From contig DATKWT010000091.1 of the NCBI GenBank assembly GCA_035529395.1, positions 135-64,134 of the forward strand: 64,000 nt of DNA, in the 5' to 3' direction. This document shows, piece by piece, positions 25,694 to 33,706 of this stretch (position 1 is the first letter of the stretch; every line of letters starts with the position of its first letter). Under the pieces are notes generated by a model. It saw only the letters and a program-made list of their open reading frames with translations. It was not told the origin of the DNA and ran no database searches. Position numbers and translations under genes: made by a program. The DNA comes from Dehalococcoidales bacterium. GTDB taxonomy: Bacteria > Chloroflexota > Dehalococcoidia > Dehalococcoidales > Fen-1064.

Positions 25694-26926
25694 ATGAAGA
25701 GACTGACCCTTGACCAGTGGGAGAAGAAGTATATTGCCGGTACGGTCGAGAGGTTTGACCAGAAGTATCAGATGTTCAACAGGCCGGCCTGGGACCCGGA
25801 GATGAAAGAGTTGCTGGAGGACTGGTCATTCGGTGGCGAAGCCAGGGAGAGACCGGGCTATACTTTGCTTGACCACGCACTGAAACGGGCGAGCTCACGC
25901 ATCACACAGCTAGCGGTGTTCAATATGTACAAGCCCAACCCCAGCCCGGTGACAATGGCAATAACGGCGGCGATGGCAGGTGCATACTCGCGTCGTCAAC
26001 CCATGCCGGAGAAACCTCGTGAGAGGATGAAGATTGATGTCAGTGACTCGGAGGTACTGACGCGTAATGTGAAGAAAGTGGCCCGGTACTTTGGAGCCGA
26101 CCTGGTGGGTGTCTGCCGGCTGGACCGGCGGTTCGTGTATTCACACACCTACGGAGGGAACACATTTGAGGGTGCGCGTGAGTCTGAAGTGGACGCAGAC
26201 GGATCCCGGCCGCAGGAAATACCCGGTGAGTTTCAGTACGCCATAGTCATGGGATTCGAGATGGATTACGACCTCATGAAGTACTTCCCGACCTATGTTG
26301 CCGAAACCACTACGGCAATGGGTTACAGCAGGATGGCCATTGCCAATGCCCACCTGTCCGCCTTCATTCGGGGGCTGGGGTTCAAGACCATTGACTGTAG
26401 CATCAATGATGTTGCCCTTTCGGTACCACTGGCAATGCAGGCAGGGCTGGGTGACATCGGACGGAACGGGATACTGATTACACCACAGTTCGGGCCTCGC
26501 CTGAGGTTGAGCAAGGTGTTTACTGACCTGCCGCTGATTGTCGATACGCCGGTTGATTTCGGGGTCACCGAATTCTGTAAAGCCTGTATGAAGTGTGCCG
26601 AGATGTGTCCATCACAGGCCATTTCCACCGGGGAGAGGACCTCCGAGCCAAACAACGTGTCCAACGTGACTGGTGAAATGAAGTGGTCGATTGACCCTGT
26701 CAAATGCCGTATGCACTGGGGGCGTACGGATAAGTCATGCACCATCTGCGTTGCCTGCTGCCCCTACAATAAGCCGGATACCCTGTTCCACCGGGCGGTC
26801 CTGCGTCTTACCGACTACCTGAGGTGGACGGATTCTCTCTGTGTCCGGATGGACAAATTGCTCGGTTACGGCAGACCGGCCCGGGTAGCGGACTTCTGGG
26901 AGGAGTGGCAGCCCCGGCGGCACTAG
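25694..26926 (+). CDS. Reductive dehalogenase homologue (RdhA-like) without a TAT signal
   Basis: The C-terminal motifs are DLPL..D.PVDFG..EFCKACMKCAEMCPSQAI and W..DP.KC..(9)..CTICVACCPYNKP, the two RdhA Fe-S motifs. The N-terminus MKRLTLDQWEKKY has no RRxFxK. No rdhB-like ORF is adjacent. Confidence 0.85.
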   Translation: MKRLTLDQWEKKYIAGTVERFDQKYQMFNRPAWDPEMKELLEDWSFGGEARERPGYTLLDHALKRASSRITQLAVFNMYKPNPSPVTMAITAAMAGAYSRRQPMPEKPRERMKIDVSDSEVLTRNVKKVARYFGADLVGVCRLDRRFVYSHTYGGNTFEGARESEVDADGSRPQEIPGEFQYAIVMGFEMDYDLMKYFPTYVAETTTAMGYSRMAIANAHLSAFIRGLGFKTIDCSINDVALSVPLAMQAGLGDIGRNGILITPQFGPRLRLSKVFTDLPLIVDTPVDFGVTEFCKACMKCAEMCPSQAISTGERTSEPNNVSNVTGEMKWSIDPVKCRMHWGRTDKSCTICVACCPYNKPDTLFHRAVLRLTDYLRWTDSLCVRMDKLLGYGRPARVADFWEEWQPRRH

Positions 26927-27055
26927 TACTCAGTTGCAGAAACACCATGTAGTATGTTCCGTGGGGTGAGACCCTTCTCTACACTCAGGGTGACGTGCCA
27001 CTAGCCTCAGTGACGCAGAATCTGAATGTTGTGCGGATTTGTGCAACTAGATACC
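26925..27055. mobile_element. MITE-like non-coding repeat, copy B (131 bp)
   Basis: Its left ~60 nt and right ~70 nt are homologous to copy A. It begins in the TAG stop of the RdhA homologue and ends 10 nt from the fabD stop on the opposite strand. Its TIRs are more degenerate (13/18). Confidence 0.7.
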
Positions 27056-27065
27056 AGGGAAGGCG

Positions 27066-28001
27066 TCAGGACTGCTCTGCGAGGGCCTGGACGGCTTCGG
27101 CGTCCCCGATATTCAGCGTCTCCACGCTTCGGTCTATGCGCCTCATCAGGCCGGTAAGAACCCTGCCGGGCCCGATTTCGATGACGCTGGTGACACCGTT
27201 CTCAATCATGTACTCGATGGAACCCTGCCACTGAACGCTGTTGCATAGCTGTTCCAGGAGTTCTGACTTGACTGCCTCCGCAGTGGTCATCGGTCGGGCG
27301 GAAGTATTGGCGATTATGGGTACAGCGGGCTCACGGAAGGTCAGGGTGGGAATAATCTCGGCCATTCCGTCTACGGCGGGCTGCATCAGCGGGGTATGGA
27401 AAGCACCACTCACCTGAAGGGGGATAGCGCGGGATGCACCCTTCTCTTTGGCCAGCTCTACCGCTCTGTCAATATTGTCAGTGGCCCCGCTGATTACCAG
27501 TTGTCCGGGGCAGTTGATATTGGCTAACCGGGTGTCTGTTTCCTGGCAGATGCCGGTCAGTACCGGCTCGTCCAGTCCGATGATTGCTGCCATCGTGCCG
27601 GGTCGTTCCAACCCGGCCTGGTACATCAAACGGCCCCTCTCGCGGGCGAGGTAAACGGTATCGGCGAAGTCAAGCACGGCTGCCGCAGCCAGCGCGGTGT
27701 ACTCCCCGAGGCTATGGCCGGCCACGAAGGTTGGTGGCGGCAGACCCTTGCCTGTTTCCTGGGCCGCCTTCAGGCAGGCAAAGCTCACCGTGACCAGCGC
27801 CGGTTGCGCGTTGACTGTCTTGCGGAGCTCGTCCTCCGGTCCTTCGAAGCAAAGCCCGGAGAGAGAGAACCCCAGCCTTTCGTCGGCCTGTTCAAAAACC
27901 GTTCTCGCTACGGGGTAGCTCTCGTAAAGGTCACGTCCCATGCCGACGGACTGGGAACCTTGCCCCGGAAAGACATAAGCCACTCTCTTTGTATCGACCA
28001 T
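27066..28001 (-). CDS. fabD: Malonyl-CoA:ACP transacylase
   Basis: FPGQGSQ and the GHSLGEY active-site motif. Confidence 0.9.
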   Translation of the reverse strand: MVDTKRVAYVFPGQGSQSVGMGRDLYESYPVARTVFEQADERLGFSLSGLCFEGPEDELRKTVNAQPALVTVSFACLKAAQETGKGLPPPTFVAGHSLGEYTALAAAAVLDFADTVYLARERGRLMYQAGLERPGTMAAIIGLDEPVLTGICQETDTRLANINCPGQLVISGATDNIDRAVELAKEKGASRAIPLQVSGAFHTPLMQPAVDGMAEIIPTLTFREPAVPIIANTSARPMTTAEAVKSELLEQLCNSVQWQGSIEYMIENGVTSVIEIGPGRVLTGLMRRIDRSVETLNIGDAEAVQALAEQS

Positions 28002-28003
28002 TA

Positions 28004-28954
28004 TTAGCCACCTGTCTGCAGGCTTCTGAGGCGCGCTATCACTGCCTCGGCTTCAGCCACCATCTCTTCTATGATTATCCTGACCGGCTTGATTTCATGT
28101 ATCATGCCGGCAATCTGCCCGGCCAGCAGCGAGCCATCGTCGACATCGCCGTCAATCAGACCGAGGTGCATTCTGCCCTCGCCGAACATACTCAGTTCCT
28201 CGGACGAGACCCCGGACTCTTCCAGTGCCAGAAACTGCTCGGTGAGACTGTTCTTCAGACTACGGAGAGGCAGGCTGGTAGTGCGGCCGGTGATGACCGT
28301 TGACCGGTCGTGAGCCTCGAGGACCTTCTGCTTGTAGCCGGGGTGGGCAATGGATTCCTCGCTACAGGCGAATCGCGTCCCGATTTGTACACCCTGGGCA
28401 CCGAGGGCCAGGGCTGCCGCCAGACCACGCCCATCGGCAATACCTCCGGCGGCAATCACCGGTATGCTGACACTATCGACCACCTGGGGCACCAGTGCCA
28501 TGGTCGTCGTTTCCCCGATGTGCCCTCCCGATTCCATGCCCTCGGCGACAATGGCGTCGACACCGGCTTCCTCTAGTCGCTGTGCCGGCCTGACGCCGGC
28601 CACGACCGGCATTACCTTCATCCCTAGCTCTCTGAGAGCGGGCACAAATGCCGTGGGGTCACCGACGCCGGTGGTGACCACGGATACCTTCTCTTGGAGG
28701 ATTATGGCGATAACCTCGTCAGTATACGGCGATGTCAGCGGGAGGTTGATGCCAAAGGGCCTGTCGGTGAGTTCCCGGGTGAGGTGTATCTGCTGCCTGA
28801 CCCAGTCAGGCTGGTAGTAGCCGGCACCGATAATGCCCAGCCCTCCGGCATTGGAGACCGCCGAGACAAGCTCGGCAGTACCGAGGTGAGCCATCCCTCC
28901 CTGGATGATGGGATGCTCTATGCCGATAAGGTCACAGATTACGGTCTTGAGCAC
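28004..28954 (-). CDS. fabK: Enoyl-[ACP] reductase II / nitronate monooxygenase family
   Basis: NMO-family TIM barrel (PIIQGGM, GGLGIIG, EGMESGGH, AAGGIADGRG) in a fab context. Start trimmed to the GTG 7 nt after GGAAGG, because the track's 29044 start overlaps rpmF by 77 nt. Confidence 0.75.
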   Translation of the reverse strand: MLKTVICDLIGIEHPIIQGGMAHLGTAELVSAVSNAGGLGIIGAGYYQPDWVRQQIHLTRELTDRPFGINLPLTSPYTDEVIAIILQEKVSVVTTGVGDPTAFVPALRELGMKVMPVVAGVRPAQRLEEAGVDAIVAEGMESGGHIGETTTMALVPQVVDSVSIPVIAAGGIADGRGLAAALALGAQGVQIGTRFACSEESIAHPGYKQKVLEAHDRSTVITGRTTSLPLRSLKNSLTEQFLALEESGVSSEELSMFGEGRMHLGLIDGDVDDGSLLAGQIAGMIHEIKPVRIIIEEMVAEAEAVIARLRSLQTGG

Positions 28955-28967
28955 GGCCTGGCCTTCC

Positions 28968-29168
28968 CTAGCTGGTCTTTGGTTTCGGGCTCTTGATTTC
29001 GACGACTTCCCGTCCTGCATAGCTGCCGCACGTGTGACAGACATGGTGTGGCAGTTTCGGGCTGTGGCACTGTGGGCAGGTTACCAGGGCTGGGGCGGAC
29101 AGATGGTCATGGCTGCGCCTTCTTCCCCTACGTGCCTTGGTAATCTTTCTCTTTGGCAGGGCTCCCAT
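28968..29168 (-). CDS. rpmF: 50S ribosomal protein L32
   Basis: GALPKRKITKARRGRRRSH and a CPQC...CHTCG zinc ribbon. Confidence 0.9.
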   Translation of the reverse strand: MGALPKRKITKARRGRRRSHDHLSAPALVTCPQCHSPKLPHHVCHTCGSYAGREVVEIKSPKPKTS

Positions 29169-29232
29169 AGTCTACTCGCTTTCTTTCCCCTGACTATGCC
29201 CCTCGGGCATAGTCAGGCATCGTTAGGCATTT

Positions 29233-29754
29233 TCAGGCGTTGTTATCGGCCACGGCCAGTTTGCACAGTCCGCTCCATCGGGGGTCGATTTCCTGCTGTG
29301 GACAGTCACACGGTCCCAGGTTGAGGTTGTGACCGCACGTGGGGCATAGACCGGTGCAATTCTCCTGGCACAACGGCTTCATCGGGATAGCCAGTACTGC
29401 ATACTGGCGTATTGCCTCGGCAAGATCAAGGATATGGTGTTCATCGATGGTAAAGTACCCGGACCGGTCCGGCAGGGACAGTGGTGCTCCGGTGAGCACA
29501 TCCGTTGTGGGATAGTACTCTTCCTCAACATCCAGGGTTAGTGCCAGGGGGCACGAGCGCAGGCAGCGGCTGCAGGTGACTGCAATCTCTGTACGCAGGG
29601 TACCACGAGCCAGGATTCCCCGGTCGGTGCGGACCAGATTGAATCTACCCTCGACATGACTCTCCTGGTTGGCAATATCAACCGTTTCGTCTACATCGTA
29701 GCTTCGTGTTGACCCGATGGCTTCCTTGAGCTGCTGGGAAACGTTTATCTGCAT
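29233..29754 (-). CDS. yceD: YceD/DUF177 family protein
   Basis: Cys pairs CSRCL and CPTCG, a C-terminal DPRW..L, and the conserved position upstream of rpmF. Confidence 0.8.
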   Translation of the reverse strand: MQINVSQQLKEAIGSTRSYDVDETVDIANQESHVEGRFNLVRTDRGILARGTLRTEIAVTCSRCLRSCPLALTLDVEEEYYPTTDVLTGAPLSLPDRSGYFTIDEHHILDLAEAIRQYAVLAIPMKPLCQENCTGLCPTCGHNLNLGPCDCPQQEIDPRWSGLCKLAVADNNA

Positions 29755-30010
29755 CTGTCCTGGCCGCTCCTCCCGGGAACGTGTGGGATACTTCCTCTGG
29801 TGGGTCTGCGGACCTGCCTCATGGTATCCGGCAGTAGTTGTGTGACCAGACTTAATTATAGGCCGTGGGGCTTGTCTGCGTCAACCGGGAAGGGAATGGG
29901 TTACGACGTGCCAGGTTCACTATCTTCCTGGAGAAAGCATTGGTCAACCTCGTGAAGCGCCTCATGCTCATTCGCTCTGAATATTAATACAGGTAGTGGG
30001 AAAAACCCAC

Positions 30011-30038
30011 TTGACAAATAATCCCACCGTGATAGAAT
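30011..30038 (+). promoter_or_regulatory. Promoter TTGACA-16 nt-TAGAAT of the TA module, flanked by GTGGG/CCCAC repeats
   Basis: The repeats run GTGGGaaaaaCCCAC (29995-30009), CCCAC (30023-30027) and GTGGG (30054-30058), bracketing the hexamers. They are candidate antitoxin operators. Confidence 0.55.
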
Positions 30039-30065
30039 GTGTATGTAAGTCAGGTGGGTAGGTAT

Positions 30066-30365
30066 GTGGTGACTATAATAAAGAATGCAGATTTCACGGG
30101 GATAGCCAAGAACGTGAAGCCAGATGCTAAAAGGCGAGTGATTTTACCTCAAGGATTGGTAAGAGAAGGTATCATTTACCACATATATGCCAATAGCTTT
30201 GGGCAAATTGTTTTAGACCCACAAGTAACTATACCTGCATCTGAGGCATGGATATTTGAAGATAAGAGTGCTCTAGCTACGGTTGACAGGGGTATGGTTG
30301 AGTCAGCTAACGGACAAGTAATAAATCGGGGTTCATTCGCAAAATACATAAAAAATGCACCGTAA
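30066..30365 (+). CDS. Putative antitoxin (SpoVT/AbrB-like)
   Basis: A small ORF overlapping the toxin gene by 11 nt. The RRVILPQGLVREG segment resembles the AbrB-type looped-hinge motif. Start is uncertain, because the track's GTG at 30039 abuts the -10. I prefer the GTG at 30066 after AGGTGGG. Confidence 0.5.
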   Translation: MVTIIKNADFTGIAKNVKPDAKRRVILPQGLVREGIIYHIYANSFGQIVLDPQVTIPASEAWIFEDKSALATVDRGMVESANGQVINRGSFAKYIKNAP

Positions 30366-30681
30366 ACTACGTTTTACCCCTACTGCTGATGAGCAACTTG
30401 ACAGAATAGAGAATGACCCTTCGCTAAAAGGTGTCCTCAAGCAAGTCAGAAAAACACTGGGATATCTAGAAACAAACCTTCGAGCTAAGTCTCTACAAAC
30501 CCATGAGTTTGAGTCACTGACAACGCGTTATGGGAAAAAGGTTTTTGAGGCTTATATTCAACAAAGAACTCCAGGGGCTTATAGAATATTCTGGCATTAT
30601 GATCCCGATGAGATAGACAAAAATGGTGAGCGTGTAGCTATCATTACCATAGTAACCATAACCCCACATCCCGAATCCTGA
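30355..30681 (+). CDS. Putative RelE/ParE-superfamily toxin
   Basis: 108 aa with the pattern F...A..QL..I, AYRIFW and a C-terminal ITIVTITPHP, typical of RelE/ParE-fold toxins. A sampled 60-nt stretch is 43% GC. Confidence 0.55.
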   Translation: MHRKLRFTPTADEQLDRIENDPSLKGVLKQVRKTLGYLETNLRAKSLQTHEFESLTTRYGKKVFEAYIQQRTPGAYRIFWHYDPDEIDKNGERVAIITIVTITPHPES

Positions 30682-30690
30682 ACAGCTAGA

Positions 30691-30780
30691 TTACTTCCCC
30701 CACCTGGTTAGCGACGATTTCCTTGCTATTTCCTTACGTTTTTCAGGCGATAACTTTGCAACCTCCTGCTGAGAAATGGG
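30691..30780 (-). pseudogene. Possible gene remnant (29 codons, no start codon)
   Basis: The minus-strand reading frame is PISQQEVAKLSPEKRKEIARKSSLTRWGK*, bounded upstream by TAA. The S/PE.R.EIARK...RW tail recalls small mobile-element-associated proteins. This call is weak. Confidence 0.2.
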
Positions 30781-30937
30781 TTAAGGCAGTGATTTAATAT
30801 TACCGAGAGATATTGATGATGTTGGTGGAGAGAAGGTGAGTGGGGCATTGGTCGCAGGCTTGTCATTGTCTGAGGTTAATCCTTGATGTATTATGGATAC
30901 AGAACCGGAGGAACATGGTAGTTTCAGGTAACCACAA

Positions 30938-31930
30938 ATGAGTATGCCGTATACGGTCGGTCCAATCAGGCCTCCATCGGAGGCGTACTCGCTGCTGGTA
31001 AGGGTCACGGAGAACTGTCCCTGGAACCGGTGCGAGTTTTGCTCTGTCTTCAAGGATCAGAAGTTCCGGATACGTCACATCGAAGAGGTTAAGGAGGGAA
31101 TCCTGGCTGTCCGGAGGCTGGTAGAGGACACGTACCGGTGGTCGGAACGCGGTGGTTATACCGTTGGCCAGGTTGCCCAACTCAACGGTATCCTCTGGCT
31201 CCAGGATGACGGTGTCAGGAACGCATTCCTCCAGGACTCGGACAGCATGATAATGAAGACCGAGCCTCTTGCCGAGATACTGGAGTTTCTCTGCGGGACG
31301 TTTCCCACGCTGGAAAAGGTGTGTACCTACGCCCGGGCAAAGACCGTTTACCGGAAGAAGCCCGAAGAGCTGAAGCGGTTGCGAGATGCAGGGCTTTCCC
31401 GACTTCATATTGGCCTGGAGACCGGTGATGACGACCTCCTGGCCTATATTCAGAAGGGCGTCACCGCTGCTGAGCAGATACAGGCCGGCAAGAAGGCGGT
31501 CGAGGCTGGTTTTGAGGTCTCGGAGTACGTCATGCCGGGGTTGGGAGGTAGGGAGCGCTGGGAGCAGCATGCCCTGAACTCGGCCCGGGTGCTGAATGAG
31601 GTCAACCCCCGGTTCATCAGGCTACGCACCTTTCATCCTGCTCCGGGGACACCGATACACGAGAAAGCCCGGCGCGAAGAATACCACGTCCAGTCTATCG
31701 AAGGTGTTCTGAAGGAGATACGGACGTTTGTGGAGGCCCTTGATGTGACCTCCGAGTTGATTACCAGCGATTTCGCCTGGAATTTCTACCTGGGGGAGAT
31801 TGATGGTAAGCTCCCTGAGGAGAAGGAAAAGGTACTCGCGGAGATTGACCGGGCGCTGGCCTACTGGCAGGCGGAGGGGGAGCCCAGGCGAAACCCGTTC
31901 ATGGGAAACCTGAACCTGGAGCTAAATTAA
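30938..31930 (+). CDS. Radical SAM domain protein with CX4CX2C cluster spacing
   Basis: GPIRPPSEAYSLLVRVTENCPWNRCEFC. The Cys triad is spaced 4+2 rather than the canonical 3+2. Elp3-like glycine-rich region HIGLETGDD. Confidence 0.75.
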   Translation: MSMPYTVGPIRPPSEAYSLLVRVTENCPWNRCEFCSVFKDQKFRIRHIEEVKEGILAVRRLVEDTYRWSERGGYTVGQVAQLNGILWLQDDGVRNAFLQDSDSMIMKTEPLAEILEFLCGTFPTLEKVCTYARAKTVYRKKPEELKRLRDAGLSRLHIGLETGDDDLLAYIQKGVTAAEQIQAGKKAVEAGFEVSEYVMPGLGGRERWEQHALNSARVLNEVNPRFIRLRTFHPAPGTPIHEKARREEYHVQSIEGVLKEIRTFVEALDVTSELITSDFAWNFYLGEIDGKLPEEKEKVLAEIDRALAYWQAEGEPRRNPFMGNLNLELN

Positions 31931-31942
31931 GGCTGTATTGTA

Positions 31943-32557
31943 ATGAATGCACCCGTCGGGATAACTGTCTATTCAGACTACATCTGACCCTGGTGCTATG
32001 TCGCGGCAGTTCGGCTGCAGAGAGTCAAAGAGCGGTACGGTGATAGTATCAACATCACCTTGAAGAGCTTCCCTCTGCTGATTGAGAATATACCGGGGAG
32101 GCCGATTTCGCCACACAGTACCGAGGCCCGTGAGCGCGCCAACAACGAAGAAGAGGTCTTCCGGCAGTGGGATGAGAATCTGCCCTATCCTTCCTCCAGC
32201 ATGCCGGCCCAGATAGCGGGCAAGTGCGCCTTACTCCAGGGCAAAGAGGCGTTTGGGCATTTCCACGGTGCTGTCTTCAAAGCATTCTTCCGGGACTGCC
32301 GTGATATCAGTGATGGGGAAGTCCTGACCAGCCTGGCCGCAGATGTCGGACTTGATGTTGAGCGGTTCCGGGCAGATTACAGTAGCGGCTCACAAGAGAA
32401 CGAGGTCCTGGCCGAATACGAAGAAGGCCGGAGTGAGTACGAGGGTTGGGGGGTTCCCCTGGCGATAATCGGCGGCCGGTTTCCACTCGTTGGGGCGGTC
32501 CCCATTGAGATGTACCGTCGGGCGATAGACCTCTGCCTGGCGAGGCAGCGAGTCTGA
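31943..32557 (+). CDS. DsbA/FrnE-family thiol:disulfide oxidoreductase, candidate selenoprotein (in-frame UGA at 31985-31987)
   Basis: Translation from the ATG at 31943 gives MNAPVGITVYSDYI-[TGA]-PWCYVAAVRL. It continues in frame into the track ORF 32060-32557. The TGA sits exactly where family members have the first Cys of the CPWC redox motif. Confidence 0.65.
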
Positions 32558-32796
32558 GTCTCCGGACTGCTCCACCCGGGAGAAGTACACTGTTCCGGGC
32601 GTTCTGGAGTAGTTCAGGCTCTCAAAGACTGTTATCGAAGCAGTGTTCTCCTCCTCAATCGGGCAAGCCAGCACGAATCGTGCCCAAATTAAGCGTAAAT
32701 TCTGATATTTGTGGTAGAAAAGCCGTCTGAAGGTATTGACAGACAAGGGATAAATAGTTTATCATGCAGACCTAGTAAGGAAAGGAGGTCGGGTTG

Positions 32797-32937
32797 ATGG
32801 AAGCATACTGTGTGAAATGTCGTGCCAAGCGTGAAATGAAAGACGCCAAGCCCATCACCATGAAGAATGGCAAGCCAGCAACTCAAGGTGTATGCCCCAC
32901 TTGCGGAACCAAGATGTTCCGAATAGGCAAGAGCTAG
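32797..32937 (+). CDS. Small zinc-ribbon protein (46 aa, DUF5679-like)
   Basis: Below the ORF-track size cutoff. AAAGGAGG lies 8 nt upstream of the ATG. Sequence is MEAYCVKCRAKREMKDAKPITMKNGKPATQGVCPTCGTKMFRIGKS. Confidence 0.7.
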   Translation: MEAYCVKCRAKREMKDAKPITMKNGKPATQGVCPTCGTKMFRIGKS

Positions 32938-32968
32938 AGCTACTCCGGGAGTTTCAGGATAAATATTA

Positions 32969-33004
32969 GGGAGCGGGTAACTGTAAATAACGGTATCCGC
33001 TCCC
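32969..33004. terminator. Hairpin between convergent genes (bidirectional terminator candidate)
   Basis: GGGAGCGG...CCGCTCCC is an 8-bp perfect stem, extendable to 11 bp with 1 mismatch. Confidence 0.45.
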
Positions 33005-33030
33005 TTGATATTGACCGGAAGAACTGCTTA

Positions 33031-33702
33031 TTAGACCGTTACCCCGGCCTTCGGTGGTTGCTCTTCCCTGGGTACCAGAGCACCGGTCGGGCAGACTACT
33101 ATGCACTCGGCACAGTAGTCGCATCCTGAAGTGTCCATCGGTTCATCGGCAAAGGTGGTGACCCGCCGATCGAAGCCCCGGTGGGCAAAGCCGAGTACAC
33201 TGGTACCGGAGTGCTCCCGGCACACCCGGACACACCGTCCGCACAGCACGCATTTGTTGGCGTCATAGACGAACAACGGGTGGCTTGTGTCGATGGGAAG
33301 GTCGCGTTCCAGCTTTCTGAGGTGCTTTGACTTCAGTTTCACATGGAGGTGCCGGGCTATCTTCTGCAGTTCGCAGGAACCGTTCCTGGGGCAGTGAGCG
33401 CAGTCCAGGGCGTGAGACGCCATGAGAAGCTCAAAGCCCTGCCGGGCCAGACTGAGGGCGTTATCTCCCCTGGTATTGACTGTCATGCCTTCAGTTACCG
33501 TCTCAGTGCACGCTGTGACCGGTCTGTCCCTGTCCGCTACCTCAACAAAGCACAACCGACAGGCAGCCATCGGCTCGTGATTGTCCCTCATGGCGCACAG
33601 GTTGGGGATATAGAACCCGTTATCGAGGGCAACCCAGAGAAGGATTTCACCCTCGTTGGCGGTTATCTTCCGGCCGTCAATTGTCAGAGATATTGTCTTC
33701 AT
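33031..33702 (-). CDS. NuoG-N-terminal-like / HoxU-like Fe-S subunit ([2Fe-2S] plus [4Fe-4S] clusters)
   Basis: The 2Fe-2S ferredoxin-type N-terminus has C..(10)..CRLC..(13)..C. This is followed by HALDCAHCPRNGSCELQ and CVLCGRCVRVC. It has no molybdopterin or hydrogenase domain. Confidence 0.8.
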   Translation of the reverse strand: MKTISLTIDGRKITANEGEILLWVALDNGFYIPNLCAMRDNHEPMAACRLCFVEVADRDRPVTACTETVTEGMTVNTRGDNALSLARQGFELLMASHALDCAHCPRNGSCELQKIARHLHVKLKSKHLRKLERDLPIDTSHPLFVYDANKCVLCGRCVRVCREHSGTSVLGFAHRGFDRRVTTFADEPMDTSGCDYCAECIVVCPTGALVPREEQPPKAGVTV

Positions 33703-33706
33703 GTGT

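Noticed and set aside
28955-29044. The track's longer FabK ORF (start 29044) and the longer methyltransferase ORF (37048-38040).
   Set aside because: The extensions overlap rpmF (77 nt) and holA (~290 nt) respectively. They have Arg/Ser/Pro-rich non-homologous sequence. Internal starts with ribosome-binding sites give family-typical N-termini.
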